Part shown: in pieces, positions 22,023 to 32,343 of the stretch
Position numbering within the stretch: position 1 is the first letter of the stretch
Layout: each line of letters opens with the position of its first letter
DNA from: an uncultured cyanobacterium
GTDB lineage: Bacteria > Cyanobacteriota > Cyanobacteriia > CAKZMO01
Length of the DNA stretch: 64,000 nt
Direction: 5' to 3'
NCBI GenBank assembly: GCA_963719515.1
Contig: CAVRCJ010000010.1
Coordinates: 128,001 to 192,000 of the forward strand
Translations under genes and position numbers: made by a program
Notes under the pieces: generated by a model
The model's input: only the letters and a program-made list of their open reading frames with translations
Database searches by the model: none
Told to the model about the DNA's origin: nothing

Positions 22023-23282
22023 TTGCCGCGTCGTTACCTTTTTACATCCGAGTCCGTTACCGAAGGTCATCCCGATAAAATCTGTGACCAAATCTCAGAT
22101 ACGATCGTCGATGAATTATTGGCACAAGATGTCGGTAGCCGCGTTGCCGCTGAGGTTGTCGTCAATACTGGCCTTGTTCTAATTACCGGTGAAATTTCGT
22201 CATCTGCCCAGGTCAACTACGTCGATTTGGCCCGTCGCAAAATCGCTGAAATTGGCTACACCGACGCAAACAACGGGTTCTCTGCAGAGAGCTGCTCTGT
22301 GATTGTTGCCCTTGACGCCCAATCCCCCGACATTGCGCAGGGGGTTGATACCGCCCAAGAGATGCGGGAGGATTCGAGCGATGAGGCTCTCGACCGCATC
22401 GGGGCCGGCGATCAGGGGCTTATGTTTGGATTTGCCTGCAGCGAGACTCCTGAGCTGATGCCGCTGCCCATTAGCTTGTCCCACCGGGTATCCCGCAAGC
22501 TGGCGGCAGTTCGCAAAAGCGGAATGTTGCCCTATCTCCGCCCTGATGGCAAGACCCAGGTGACCATCGCCTATGAAGAGGGTCAGCCCGTCGGCATCGA
22601 TACCATCCTGGTCTCCACGCAGCACGCGCCCACCATTGAAGAGATCAGCGATGGCGCTGCCGTTCAAAACCGCATCAGAGATGACCTTTGGGAGCATGTC
22701 GTTCAACCCGTGCTGGAAGGCCTTGATGTAAAGCCCGAAACGAGCACGCGGTTTTTAGTGAATCCTACCGGAAAATTCGTCATTGGTGGCCCCCAAGGGG
22801 ATTCTGGCCTGACCGGACGCAAGATTATCGTCGATACCTACGGCGGCTACTCCCGCCACGGTGGCGGGGCTTTTTCTGGAAAAGATCCCACTAAGGTCGA
22901 CCGCAGCGCCGCCTATGCCTGTCGATATGTGGCGAAGAATATTGTGGCTGCAGGGCTGGCCGACAAGTGCGAAGTACAGCTGAGCTACGCCATTGGGGTG
23001 GCCCGTCCGGTGAGCATCCTCGTGGAAACTTTTGGCACTGGCCGCGTTGAGGATGATCACCTGCTGACGTTGGTAAAGCAGCACTTCGAGCTGCGTCCGG
23101 CGGGCATCATCCAAATGTTTAACTTGACCCGGCTTCCCCAGCAGCGCGAAGGTCGCTTCTACCAAGACGTCGCCGTCTATGGTCACTTTGGTCGGTCTGA
23201 TCTAGACCTGCCCTGGGAGAAGACCGACAAGGCCGAGAAGCTGCGTTCGGATGCGGCATCCCTGTTTGGGGCAAGAACTTAG
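22023..23282 (+). CDS. metK: S-adenosylmethionine synthetase
   Basis: [38 protein letters not shown] start. Confidence 0.98.
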   Translation: MPRRYLFTSESVTEGHPDKICDQISDTIVDELLAQDVGSRVAAEVVVNTGLVLITGEISSSAQVNYVDLARRKIAEIGYTDANNGFSAESCSVIVALDAQSPDIAQGVDTAQEMREDSSDEALDRIGAGDQGLMFGFACSETPELMPLPISLSHRVSRKLAAVRKSGMLPYLRPDGKTQVTIAYEEGQPVGIDTILVSTQHAPTIEEISDGAAVQNRIRDDLWEHVVQPVLEGLDVKPETSTRFLVNPTGKFVIGGPQGDSGLTGRKIIVDTYGGYSRHGGGAFSGKDPTKVDRSAAYACRYVAKNIVAAGLADKCEVQLSYAIGVARPVSILVETFGTGRVEDDHLLTLVKQHFELRPAGIIQMFNLTRLPQQREGRFYQDVAVYGHFGRSDLDLPWEKTDKAEKLRSDAASLFGART

Positions 23283-23344
23283 CCTGGAATAAAAACCTAG
23301 CTTGGTGCTGCCCGCTTGGCGCTAAAAGTCGGCGTCGGTCCGGG

Positions 23345-23680
23345 CTAGTCCACCTGCGCCGCCAGCCAGCTGAGATAGTCCGGTGAGCCGTCCACGATGG
23401 GTAGGGCAATAATCTCGGGCACCTCATAGGTGTGTAGGCGGCGCACGAGGATTTCGATTTCAGGAAAGCGAGCCTGACGGGTTTTAATCGCCAGCTGCCA
23501 CTCTTGGGCCTGCTCCACTTTCCTTTGCCAGCGATAAAGGGACTGGATCGGGGTGATAGCAATACAGGCAGCGAGTTTTTGCTCTACTAGCGCAGAGGCG
23601 ATCGCCTCTGCGCTGGCTTTTGATGGGGTTGTGACCCAGACGATAATCAGGGACGCCGCGGGAAAACCGGGTGTGTGCAT
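23345..23680 (-). CDS. cutA: Divalent-cation tolerance protein CutA
   Basis: LVEQKLAAC, SLYRWQ, LHTYEVPEII.LPI..GSPDYLSWL. Confidence 0.9.
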   Translation of the reverse strand: MHTPGFPAASLIIVWVTTPSKASAEAIASALVEQKLAACIAITPIQSLYRWQRKVEQAQEWQLAIKTRQARFPEIEILVRRLHTYEVPEIIALPIVDGSPDYLSWLAAQVD

Positions 23681-23720
23681 TGTTATTGTCTGCACCAGAA
23701 GATCTGAGCCCAATATAGCG

Positions 23721-24464
23721 TTAGGCCTGTAGCCAATGGAGCTGCGCTTCCCCTGGAGCTGCAGCCAATGCCAAGTACTGTTGGGCTCGCATCTCTGTCC
23801 TCAGCTGAGCAGTTGCGTCGTCCTGGCGAACTGACGAGGACGTTGACCTTTCCGCTGAGAAGCCATCCCCGCCGTCATTTCGATCAAGCGTAGATCTCAG
23901 CGCTGAGGGGCTGAGGCTGACGTCCCGCAGATCTAGGGTGCCGATATGGGCTCCCTTCAGATTGACGTCGGTCAAGAATGCTCCAGCGAGGCGCGCTTCA
24001 CCCAGTCGAGACGCCGCCAGATTCGCCCAGTTGAGATTGGCCTGACTGAGATCGGCGCTGCGCAAGTTGCTGCCCAGCAGATTCGCGCCGCAGAGATTTG
24101 CCCGTTGCAGCAGCGCTCCCCGCAAATTCGTATGGCTCAGATTCGCGCCGCTAAGCTCTGCGCACAGGCAATTCGACTTCACCATAAACGCACCGCTAAG
24201 ATCGGCTTTCGTCAAATTTGTGTTCTCAAGGCAGCCGTCACTCAGCTTGCTGAAGCGCAAATCAGCCCAGTTGAGAGCAGCTCCAGAGAAATTTGTGCCC
24301 GTCAGAAAGGCGCGGGATAAGAGCGCCCCTGTAAGGTTAGCGCCCGTTAGATTGACGCCGATGAGCGTGACGCCCCTTAGGTCAGCACCCTCTAGGTTGA
24401 TGCCCCTAAAGTCGCGTCGCCCTGACTCGTAGGCATTGAGTAGAAATGCAGCGTCTATGCCCAT
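23721..24464 (-). CDS. Pentapeptide-repeat protein
   Basis: Y..GRRDF N-cap followed by A(D/N)Lxx repeats. Confidence 0.9.
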   Translation of the reverse strand: MGIDAAFLLNAYESGRRDFRGINLEGADLRGVTLIGVNLTGANLTGALLSRAFLTGTNFSGAALNWADLRFSKLSDGCLENTNLTKADLSGAFMVKSNCLCAELSGANLSHTNLRGALLQRANLCGANLLGSNLRSADLSQANLNWANLAASRLGEARLAGAFLTDVNLKGAHIGTLDLRDVSLSPSALRSTLDRNDGGDGFSAERSTSSSVRQDDATAQLRTEMRAQQYLALAAAPGEAQLHWLQA

Positions 24465-24641
24465 ACTTTAGTAATCTCTAGTGCTCCTGTCCCTCCCCTA
24501 CTAGACACTATGAAGCATTTCTGGATAGTTTCAGCCATCTGTAATCTAGGTTGGTTCATAGGTACAAAACAACATGTAGCGACATAGTTAGCAACGTGTG
24601 TAGGAGTGCTAGCATCAAGGTACACGTTACGTAGCATAGGT

Positions 24642-25319
24642 ATGGCACGGCGGCTTTTGTTTATCGTCCTCTGGCTGGGGCTAATCGGCTATGCGCTTGT
24701 TCTGGCCCCTCCAGATCAGCCCGACACCCTATCGCTGATTAAAAATCTGTCCTTCGGGAACTGGGGCGACATCAATCCCATCATCATTGCCCTGTTTAAC
24801 CTCATGGGGGTGTGGCCAATGCTATACAGCAGCCTCATGCTGGTGGACGGGCGATCGCAGTCGGTCCCCGCTTGGCCCTTTGTCGTCGCCTCCTTCGGCG
24901 TGGGTGCGTTTGCGGTATTGCCTTACCTAGCGCTGCGTCGTCCCAACTCAACATTTCCCGGAAACCGGGATTGGCAACTGAGGCTAGTAGATTCTCGCTG
25001 GCTCGGCGGGCTGGCGGCGATCGCCATCGTGGCTTTGGTGAGCTATGGCCTGGGCTGGGGCAACTGGGGAGCCTTTTGGGAGCAGTGGCAGACTAGCCGC
25101 TTCATCCACGTCATGAGCCTCGACTTTTGCCTGCTGTGCCTGCTGGTGCCCGCCCTGCTGGGCGATGACATGGCTCGCCGGGGCGTGGGGCCGTGGGGCT
25201 GGCTAGCCGCTGTCCTACCAATGCTGGGGCTGGCGCTCTATATTGGTTTACGTCCTCCTCTAAACTCTACAGAGACTGCGGAGAGCTTAGGCGATGGCCC
25301 ATTAGGGGCCGGTCTTTAG
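24642..25319 (+). CDS. DUF2834-type membrane protein
   Basis: ALFNLMGVWP, GVGAFAVLPYL, SRFIHVMSLDF. Confidence 0.75.
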   Translation: MARRLLFIVLWLGLIGYALVLAPPDQPDTLSLIKNLSFGNWGDINPIIIALFNLMGVWPMLYSSLMLVDGRSQSVPAWPFVVASFGVGAFAVLPYLALRRPNSTFPGNRDWQLRLVDSRWLGGLAAIAIVALVSYGLGWGNWGAFWEQWQTSRFIHVMSLDFCLLCLLVPALLGDDMARRGVGPWGWLAAVLPMLGLALYIGLRPPLNSTETAESLGDGPLGAGL

Positions 25320-25351
25320 GCTATTGCGCTTCAACCTAAACAAGCTGACCC

Positions 25352-26092
25352 ATGGAAAACACAACGGCCCAGAAAGTCTACGAGGGTAAGGCCAAAATTC
25401 TCTATACCACCGAAGACCCCGACGTTCTTCTGACCCATTTCAAGGACGACGCCACCGCTTTTAATGCCCAAAAGCGGGGCACTATTCAGGGCAAGGGCGA
25501 GATGAACTGCGCCATCTCTACCCACCTGTTTCAGCTGCTGCAGTCTCAGGGAATCGCTACTCACTGGATCGCGTCGCCCTCTCCGAACACGATGCGGGTC
25601 CGCAACGTTACAATCATTCCTCTAGAGGTGGTGGTGCGCAACTTGGCGGCGGGGAGTCTGGTGCGGGAAACAGGACTACCCGTGGGGCAGTCCCTCTCGC
25701 CGCCCCTAGTCGAGTTTTACTACAAGAGCGACGATCTGGGCGACCCCCTGCTGACCCGCGATCGCATTGCGGCACTGGCGCTGGCTTCTGAAGCGCAGGT
25801 GGCTCGGCTCGACGCTCTTGCCCGCCAGATCAATCAAGTGCTGCAGGCTTTCTTTGAGCGCTGCGGCATCGCCCTAGTTGACTTCAAGCTGGAATTTGGC
25901 ACTGACAAGAGCGGTCAGCTGCTGCTGGCAGACGAAATCAGCCCTGACACCTGCCGCCTGTGGGATCAAAGCGTTGCTGACCCCAAGCAGCGGGTGATGG
26001 ACAAAGACCGCTTCCGCCATGACCTGGGTCAGGTGGAAGCGGCCTACAAAGCCGTTATGAAGCGGGTTCTAGCTCAGCCCGCCTCGCCTTAG
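25352..26092 (+). CDS. purC: SAICAR synthase
   Basis: YEGKAK, FKDDATAFN, EVVVRN.AAGS, LVDFKLEFG, ADEISPDTCRLWD. Confidence 0.97.
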   Translation: MENTTAQKVYEGKAKILYTTEDPDVLLTHFKDDATAFNAQKRGTIQGKGEMNCAISTHLFQLLQSQGIATHWIASPSPNTMRVRNVTIIPLEVVVRNLAAGSLVRETGLPVGQSLSPPLVEFYYKSDDLGDPLLTRDRIAALALASEAQVARLDALARQINQVLQAFFERCGIALVDFKLEFGTDKSGQLLLADEISPDTCRLWDQSVADPKQRVMDKDRFRHDLGQVEAAYKAVMKRVLAQPASP

Positions 26093-26124
26093 TACTGTGC
26101 GCCGGGAAAGTGCTATGCGTTGCG

Positions 26125-27102
26125 CTATGCACTGGGAACCGACTCTTTGAGCGCCGCCAGCACCGTATCGTGAATGGCGCTGTTGCTGACCACCACGCCC
26201 TGATTGTCCACCAGCTTGGACCCCTTCGAGAAGTCGAGGGGTTTGCCGTGCATATCGGTCACGCGACCGCCGGCCTCTTCCACCACGATCACGCCTGCTG
26301 CGTGGTCCCAAATTTTCTCGCGGTAGTTGGGAGATTTGGGAGACGGCAGCCGTAGATAGAGCGCTGCTTGCCCTGCGGCCACCGCGCCGTACTTGGCCTG
26401 ACTGTCCATCTTCAGCGCGGACGCGGTGAAGCCGCAGGCGCTAGCCACCGCCTGCTGACGGCCCTGATCCCCGTGGCCGGACTCGACGCTCTCGACAAAA
26501 CGCAGGGTGGCTGTGTCATCTCCCACCACGCGAATTGACTGCTCAGCGCCGCCGCTCAGAGGCCGCATAGTTGCCCCTTCCCCCCGAACGGCGACAAACA
26601 GCAGCCCTTCTTCGCTGGCGTCGTCAAACTTGAGGGCGGGGCAGGCGAGCACGCCCACCTTGATTTCGCCTTCCTCTAGCAGCGCGATCGCCACCGCATA
26701 TTGATCATTGCGCAAAAAGCCCTTGGTGCCGTCGATGGGGTCGAGGGTCCAGAAGCGCTCAGCGGCCTGGCCGTTGCCCCGGTCGATCCAGTCCATCACG
26801 GCTCCCGGCGTCGCCTCAGGCTCGATGCCCTGAACAAACTGGGTCACCTGCTCTAGCTTTTCCTTCATCTCCAGCGATCGCAGCTGGCCCGCGTCTTCTT
26901 CGCCCACAATGGGGTCATTGGGAAAGGCCACGTCTAAGGCGTGACACACTAAAGCCTGGGCCCCATAGTCGGCGATGGTGACGGGGCTTTTGTCCTTTTT
27001 CTCGATTGCCTCGGGAGAAATTTGGTTTCGCACCTGCTGACAAAGCTTAGCTGCCGCGATCGCGGCTTCAATCGCTACGTCTTTCTCACGCTGATATGCC
27101 AT
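26125..27102 (-). CDS. 3'(2'),5'-bisphosphate nucleotidase, HAL2/SAL1 type
   Basis: DKSPVTIADY, GEED, LDPIDGTKGFLR..QYAV, MDSQAKYG, YREKIWDHAAG. Confidence 0.92.
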   Translation of the reverse strand: MAYQREKDVAIEAAIAAAKLCQQVRNQISPEAIEKKDKSPVTIADYGAQALVCHALDVAFPNDPIVGEEDAGQLRSLEMKEKLEQVTQFVQGIEPEATPGAVMDWIDRGNGQAAERFWTLDPIDGTKGFLRNDQYAVAIALLEEGEIKVGVLACPALKFDDASEEGLLFVAVRGEGATMRPLSGGAEQSIRVVGDDTATLRFVESVESGHGDQGRQQAVASACGFTASALKMDSQAKYGAVAAGQAALYLRLPSPKSPNYREKIWDHAAGVIVVEEAGGRVTDMHGKPLDFSKGSKLVDNQGVVVSNSAIHDTVLAALKESVPSA

Positions 27103-27354
27103 AGAAATTCCTGTAATTTTATAGATCTGCTGAAAATTTACGACTTGCCTTTGCGCTTAGGCAGCACAAAGTTTGTCTACTATACCGACTTTCGTCAATC
27201 GGCCAGCCTGGACCGGCCAGCGTTAAATTGGTCGTTCTAAGTCGGTCGCTCTAAGGATGATACTTAATCTACGCGGCAAGTGATGATACCGCTGCGACAG
27301 CTTTACGCCACCTTTGCGTTGCCTTTACGCCAGCGCTGATGCCGCTTAGTCTGT

Positions 27355-28275
27355 TTAATCGTATTGGCTCATCCACTGACGCGTGCCAAAGGTGGTGCAG
27401 GCCAATGCCGCGACTTGAGCAGCCTGCTGAAGCGCTGCGATCGCCTGCGACGAGGCAAGTTCCGTCTCTTGCAGCTTTAGGTCATTGAGCGCTGACGTCA
27501 GGGCGTGGCAAAAGACCCCGTGAAAAATATCGCCTGCCCCCAGAGTATCCACGGCCTCAATGGTGGGCACGGCAATTTTCCAGCAGCGATCGCCGCGCCA
27601 ATAGAGGATCGGTTCACTCCCCCGCGTCATTGCTACGTGAGGCACCCCTAGCCGCTGAAGATAGCTCACGCTCTCTTGGGCAGTTGCGCAGCCGGGAGGC
27701 CTAAACTGGGCTGAGCAAATCGCGCAGTCGGTCCAGCGCAGCACTTGGTCAAAATTGGGCTTCCAGCTGCCGCCGTCTACCACGACGGGAATTCCCTGTG
27801 CTTGGGCCCGCTGGGCTACGGCAGCTCCAAGCGCCATCTGGTGCCCATCAATCAAAACCACGCGACAGCGCGGCAGCAGATCCATCACCTCGGCGGGAAC
27901 CTGAGCCGAGACCTGATGACGGCGGGCGTTGAGAGACACCACGGCGCGATCGCCCGTGGCGCGGGTGACTAAAATTGAGGAGACTGGGGGCGGCTCAGGA
28001 TGGGACGGCGCGAGGTCAATCAGGGTAACCTGGTGGGCTGCCAGCTCAGCCGCGACGTGCTGACTCAAAGGGTGATGACCCAGTACGCTCACCAGAACGG
28101 CGCTTTGGTTAAAATGGCGGTATGCGATCGCGGCGTTTGCGGCGGGGCCACCGGCAACGGCCAGATAGTCTGAGGCAACGAGCTTCTCGTTAGGTGCAGG
28201 CAGTCGCTCGACATGGTAGATCAAGTCGAGGGTAAGCAGTCCTACAAACAGTCCTTGACGCGGGAGTTGACTCAC
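27355..28275 (-). CDS. PfkB-family carbohydrate kinase
   Basis: GGPAANAA and VDTLGAGDIFHG. Confidence 0.9.
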   Translation of the reverse strand: MSQLPRQGLFVGLLTLDLIYHVERLPAPNEKLVASDYLAVAGGPAANAAIAYRHFNQSAVLVSVLGHHPLSQHVAAELAAHQVTLIDLAPSHPEPPPVSSILVTRATGDRAVVSLNARRHQVSAQVPAEVMDLLPRCRVVLIDGHQMALGAAVAQRAQAQGIPVVVDGGSWKPNFDQVLRWTDCAICSAQFRPPGCATAQESVSYLQRLGVPHVAMTRGSEPILYWRGDRCWKIAVPTIEAVDTLGAGDIFHGVFCHALTSALNDLKLQETELASSQAIAALQQAAQVAALACTTFGTRQWMSQYD

Positions 28276-28322
28276 GATTAGCGTTGTCCGGGTCTATATA
28301 CGTTGATACCAGTAGAATTTGC

Positions 28323-29255
28323 ATGCCACAGCCCACTGTACCGCAGCCTCCTATGCCTCAAACGTCTGCGCCACTGCAGCCTAATGGATTGCCCCAACAG
28401 ACCTCTAGCGCCGACGTCACGCCAGGGACGCTGTACATCGTGGGGACTCCCATTGGCAATCTAGAGGATATGACCTTTCGGGCCGTTAGGATCTTGCGTC
28501 AGGTCGACCTGATTGCCGCTGAGGATACGCGGCACACCGGCAAGCTGCTGCATCACTTTCAAATCGATACGCCCCAGATGAGCTACCATGCCCACAACAA
28601 TCGCTATCGCGTCCCGGAGCTCCTGCAGCGACTTCGGGATGATGGGACTATTGCCCTGGTGAGCGATGCGGGTATGCCGGGAATCTCAGATCCCGGCTAT
28701 GAGCTAGTGCGGGCCTGCCGGGAGGCTGGCGTCGCCGTCAGTCCTATCCCCGGCCCGAGCGCGGGCGTCGCGGCACTCAGCGCTTCTGGTCTGCCTACGG
28801 ACCAGTTCGTATTCGAGGGGTTTCTGCCCGTCAAAGGAGCACCCCGTCGCGATCGCCTCGCAGCCCTCAAAGCTGAGCCGCGCACCCTGTTGCTCTACGA
28901 AGCGCCCCATCGCCTCCGCCAAACCCTAGGTGATCTCAAAGAAATCTTAGGATCTGAGCGCCGCCTGATTCTTGCCCGTGAGCTGACAAAGCGGTATGAA
29001 GAGTTTTGGCAGGGCAGCATCGCCGCCGCTGTTGAACGCTACACTGAGCAGACTCCTCAGGGAGAATTTACGCTTGTAGTTGCCGGTGGGGAGTCAAAAG
29101 CGCCAGCGCTCAGCGAAGCCGACATTACCTCCGAACTGCGGCGGCTTTTGGCTCAAGGCCTCTCTCACTCCGATGCCAGCCGCCAGCTGGCGCAGCAGGC
29201 AGACCTGCCTCGTCGTCATGTTTACCAGCTCGCCCTCAGCTTAAAGCAACAATAA
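28323..29255 (+). CDS. rsmI: 16S rRNA (cytidine1402-2'-O)-methyltransferase
   Basis: GTLYIVGTPIGNLEDMT.RA, AEDTR, VSDAGMPGISDPG, YEAPHR, RELTK. Confidence 0.95.
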   Translation: MPQPTVPQPPMPQTSAPLQPNGLPQQTSSADVTPGTLYIVGTPIGNLEDMTFRAVRILRQVDLIAAEDTRHTGKLLHHFQIDTPQMSYHAHNNRYRVPELLQRLRDDGTIALVSDAGMPGISDPGYELVRACREAGVAVSPIPGPSAGVAALSASGLPTDQFVFEGFLPVKGAPRRDRLAALKAEPRTLLLYEAPHRLRQTLGDLKEILGSERRLILARELTKRYEEFWQGSIAAAVERYTEQTPQGEFTLVVAGGESKAPALSEADITSELRRLLAQGLSHSDASRQLAQQADLPRRHVYQLALSLKQQ

Positions 29256-29261
29256 GTAACT

Positions 29262-29963
29262 ATGACAAGACACGTCCTACAGCAGTGGCCCGCCTTGGCG
29301 ATCGCCCTTGTGATCGTGGCCGGCTGTGGCCAATCTTCCGCCGAGCTTGAACCCAGCCCTACGCCGCAGCCGGCGTCTGTGGTCTCTGAGGCTCCCGAAC
29401 CGCCGCCTCCCGCCGAGCCCGACAATCAAGAGATTTCGACCCACGGCATTGGTCCGGCTCAGCTCGGGCTTACCCTGGGGGAACTCAAGCAGCTGCTGGG
29501 ATCAGAGGCGTCTTTTACTCCCCAGTCCCCCTTCCTCGCTGAATTTGACGCGATCGCCGTGCGTCAAGGTAGGGAAATCTTGTTTCACATCTTGCATTTG
29601 CCTGGCGAGCCAATCGCCGATGGGGACGTCATTCAAGGTGTGTTGACCACTAACCCGGCCTTTGAGACCGCTGAGGGCATCGGCGCGGGAACCTCCATCG
29701 CTGAGGCCGAAGCGACCTATGGTAGCGCCACCCTGTCGCACCACAAGGCCAACGCCTCTCTAGAATATGTCCGCTTTACTACCCCTCCGGCTGACAACGT
29801 TTCCTTTGGCACTTGGGCTAGGGAACCCGGCGCGGCGACTCCGGACTACGCTGGCATCTATCCCCAGGAGGCTGGGGACTACCGGGAGACCACGGAGTAC
29901 GACCCGGAGGCCACCATTAAGTCGGTGTTGGTGGTTTGCCTGACTGAGATCTGCGCGAGTTAG
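29262..29963 (+). CDS. Hypothetical lipoprotein
   Basis: Lipobox VAGC, Pro-rich linker, IS..GIG.A.LG.TLGELK domain. Confidence 0.75.
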   Translation: MTRHVLQQWPALAIALVIVAGCGQSSAELEPSPTPQPASVVSEAPEPPPPAEPDNQEISTHGIGPAQLGLTLGELKQLLGSEASFTPQSPFLAEFDAIAVRQGREILFHILHLPGEPIADGDVIQGVLTTNPAFETAEGIGAGTSIAEAEATYGSATLSHHKANASLEYVRFTTPPADNVSFGTWAREPGAATPDYAGIYPQEAGDYRETTEYDPEATIKSVLVVCLTEICAS

Positions 29964-30202
29964 TGATGAAAGGGATAGTAACGCTGCTTCTGTCGGTCTT
30001 GTTGGCGAGCTGGATTTTAGCGATCGCCATTCTATCGGTGCAAAATGCCTTTATCGTCACCCCCGACGGTCCGACGCTGGTTTCGCTGCAGGTTTTAGGC
30101 CGGCAGCTGCCGCAGCTGCCCTTTGGCGTGATCTTGGCCGCAGCGGCGGCGCTGGGGGCCGTAGCCATGGGTGGGGCGATCGCGCTACAGCGGCTGCGGT
30201 AA
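29963..30202 (+). CDS. Small membrane protein, LapA/DUF1049-like
   Basis: IAILSVQNA...VSL...LP.G pattern with two TM segments. Confidence 0.6.
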   Translation: MMKGIVTLLLSVLLASWILAIAILSVQNAFIVTPDGPTLVSLQVLGRQLPQLPFGVILAAAAALGAVAMGGAIALQRLR

Positions 30203-30356
30203 GTCTCCCTTGCCTCTATTCTTTGGGGCGGCTCAGCAGATCGCTTCAGTAAACCGGCTGCTTGAGTTACGTCCCCTTACTTCCTAGAATGAGGCAATAG
30301 TTTGTGACGAAGCACCAGAGCGTGCGTCTCAGCAAGCGCCATATCCAGGAGAAACT

Positions 30357-31304
30357 ATGTCAAGCCGCCCCATAATACTCGGTATTGTTGGCGATAGCGC
30401 TGCCGGAAAGACAACCTTGACGCGGGGCATTGCCCAAATCCTGGGGGAAGACAACGTTACCGTGATCTGCACGGATGACTACCACCGCTACGACCGTCAG
30501 CAGCGGGCCGATATGGGGATTTCAGCGCTCCATCCAGACTGCAACTACCTGGATATTATTCAACAGCATCTAACGCTACTGCGGACCGGTCAGCCGGTGC
30601 TCAAGCCCATCTATAACCACACTACTGGAGCCTTTGACGCCCCGGAATATATCGAGCCTCAGCGCTACGTCATCGTTGAGGGGCTGCTGGGTTACTCCAC
30701 GCGCGGCATGCGTGACGCCTATGACGTCAAGGTCTACCTGGCACCTCCTGAAGAGGTGCGCTTTGGGTGGAAGGTAAAGCGCGATACCCGCAAGCGGGGC
30801 TACACCGAAGAGCAGGTCCGCGAGCAAATGAGTAAGCGGGAGTCTGATTCGGAGTCCTTCATTCGCCCGCAGCGGCAGTGGGCTGACGTGGTGGTTACCT
30901 TTTATCCCCCCAGCAGCGAGCCCGTCAACGAAACCCTGCTCAACGCTCGCCTGGTGCTGCGGCCTACAATCCCGCACCCAGACTTTACCCATATTCTCAG
31001 CCCCAACGGAAGCCACTTAGGAGAGGCCATCCGTCTTGGCCTTGATCGCGATATGGGCAAGCCCGTAGACGTACTTGAGATCGACGGTCACGCTACCGAT
31101 GAGCAAGTCAAATCCCTAGAGCGAGTGCTTTGCAACGAAATTCCCTACTTGGGTCCATTCTGCAGCCTAGAGGGCAATCAAAACTTGGGTAAGGTGGTCG
31201 GCACAACGGGAGAGACCCTGCAGAGCTATCCGCTGGCTTTGACACAGCTGATGATTACCTACCACATGCTCAAAGCTGCAAACATTATGGTTGTCCGGAC
31301 TTGA
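30357..31304 (+). CDS. Phosphoribulokinase-family paralog (PRK/uridine kinase fold)
   Basis: GIVGDSAAGKTT P-loop, ICTDDYHRYDR, KPIYNH.TG, EGL, WKVKRD..KRGY, FIRPQR. Confidence 0.85.
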   Translation: MSSRPIILGIVGDSAAGKTTLTRGIAQILGEDNVTVICTDDYHRYDRQQRADMGISALHPDCNYLDIIQQHLTLLRTGQPVLKPIYNHTTGAFDAPEYIEPQRYVIVEGLLGYSTRGMRDAYDVKVYLAPPEEVRFGWKVKRDTRKRGYTEEQVREQMSKRESDSESFIRPQRQWADVVVTFYPPSSEPVNETLLNARLVLRPTIPHPDFTHILSPNGSHLGEAIRLGLDRDMGKPVDVLEIDGHATDEQVKSLERVLCNEIPYLGPFCSLEGNQNLGKVVGTTGETLQSYPLALTQLMITYHMLKAANIMVVRT

Positions 31305-31318
31305 AGATCGCTTGGGCG

Positions 31319-31891
31319 CTACGGCTCTTTCGAATCTGCCGCCAATGAAACGTTGCGTCGTCGCTGCTGCCACGTGCCTGAGCTGCGAATCGCTAGCCAC
31401 AGCAAAAATAGCGCGATTAGGCCTCCTTGACGCGGCGCATCGAGGGCGAGAAACACGAGCACGACGCACAGCACATCCTGAGTCAGGATGAACCACAGCG
31501 GCAGCCCCCTAAGCCGGTAAAACCAACCGAGCTGTACGAGCCGTAGAACGAAGGCCAATGACGCGCTGACTGCCCCGATAATGCCGAAAATCAGAGCCGA
31601 ACTGCCGACGGTACTCACAACGGCAATGCCAGCGATCGCCCCTACCACCGGACTTAGAAATAGCTCCACCGTCTGTAGCGCTCTATGCCCCACGCGATCT
31701 TTGGAGATCACGAGCTCCAGGAGTGACCAGCTGACCAAGATCCCCAGCACGGTAGCGGGGCGAAGCATAGAGAGGAGCGGCACTTGGCTCCACAGGTCGT
31801 CACCGCTCAAAATGCCGAGAATCAGGAGCGGCAGCGCCAGTCTCAGGCCCGCTGCAGCTCCAATGGAAAGTGCAGCTAGGAGTTCAAACAT
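31319..31891 (-). CDS. DUF4126-type membrane protein
   Basis: LAALS..AAAGLRLALPLL N-terminus with multiple TM segments. Confidence 0.7.
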   Translation of the reverse strand: MFELLAALSIGAAAGLRLALPLLILGILSGDDLWSQVPLLSMLRPATVLGILVSWSLLELVISKDRVGHRALQTVELFLSPVVGAIAGIAVVSTVGSSALIFGIIGAVSASLAFVLRLVQLGWFYRLRGLPLWFILTQDVLCVVLVFLALDAPRQGGLIALFLLWLAIRSSGTWQQRRRNVSLAADSKEP

Positions 31892-31931
31892 GGCTCAGGG
31901 AATTGGCGTAACTGCGGTTTCCACAAAAGAC

Positions 31932-32203
31932 TGGTTCACTAGCGAAAACACGTGACATCCTCCCGACGCTGACAGCAAGCTGTACAGCGCGGGCTTCCTC
32001 AGTGACTCCCAGCTATTGCCGAGACATATCCTGAGATAGGTTTATACTCCGCCTGATGCCCCACGGCAGAGTTTTGAATTTTCATCTCCGCGAGGGAGGA
32101 TACGCACTATGTGTCGCAGATACATTTGCAAACTGAGGAACGGGTGACTTGCAGCTTTCGCCTACGGGCCCGTCACACTCTTTGCGGGGTGTATCACCTT
32201 GCT
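31932..32203 (-). ncRNA. Putative stand-alone omegaRNA (scaffold plus ~20-nt flank-derived guide GUGUUUUCGCUAGUGAACCA)
   Basis: Extended -10 TGGTATGAT at 32218-32210. Stems GGUGAU/GUCACC, UUCCUCAGU/ACUGAGGAA and ACUCUGCC/GGCGGAGU. Internal GUGAC (32176-32172) is complementary to the terminal GUCAC. Boundaries are inferred. Confidence 0.55.
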
Positions 32204-32343
32204 ATCTCTATCATACCAACTGCTAGCCTCAGCGCTGAGCGCACTATCCGCTGTGCATCATTTTGCGGGCGCACTTCGGCTAGCGCGACTCTCATCCCGA
32301 CGCTCACCCTGACGGGTAGAGCGCGGGGCTTCCTGTCTAGTAG
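31952..32343 (-). mobile_element. Non-autonomous IS200/IS605-family mini-element (PATE-like, 392 bp, no protein)
   Basis: Two related subterminal hairpins (CCCGCGCT...AGCGTCGGG). The left guide AAGC is preceded by TTTAG; the right guide GAAG goes with the terminal GTCAC. Confidence 0.8.
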
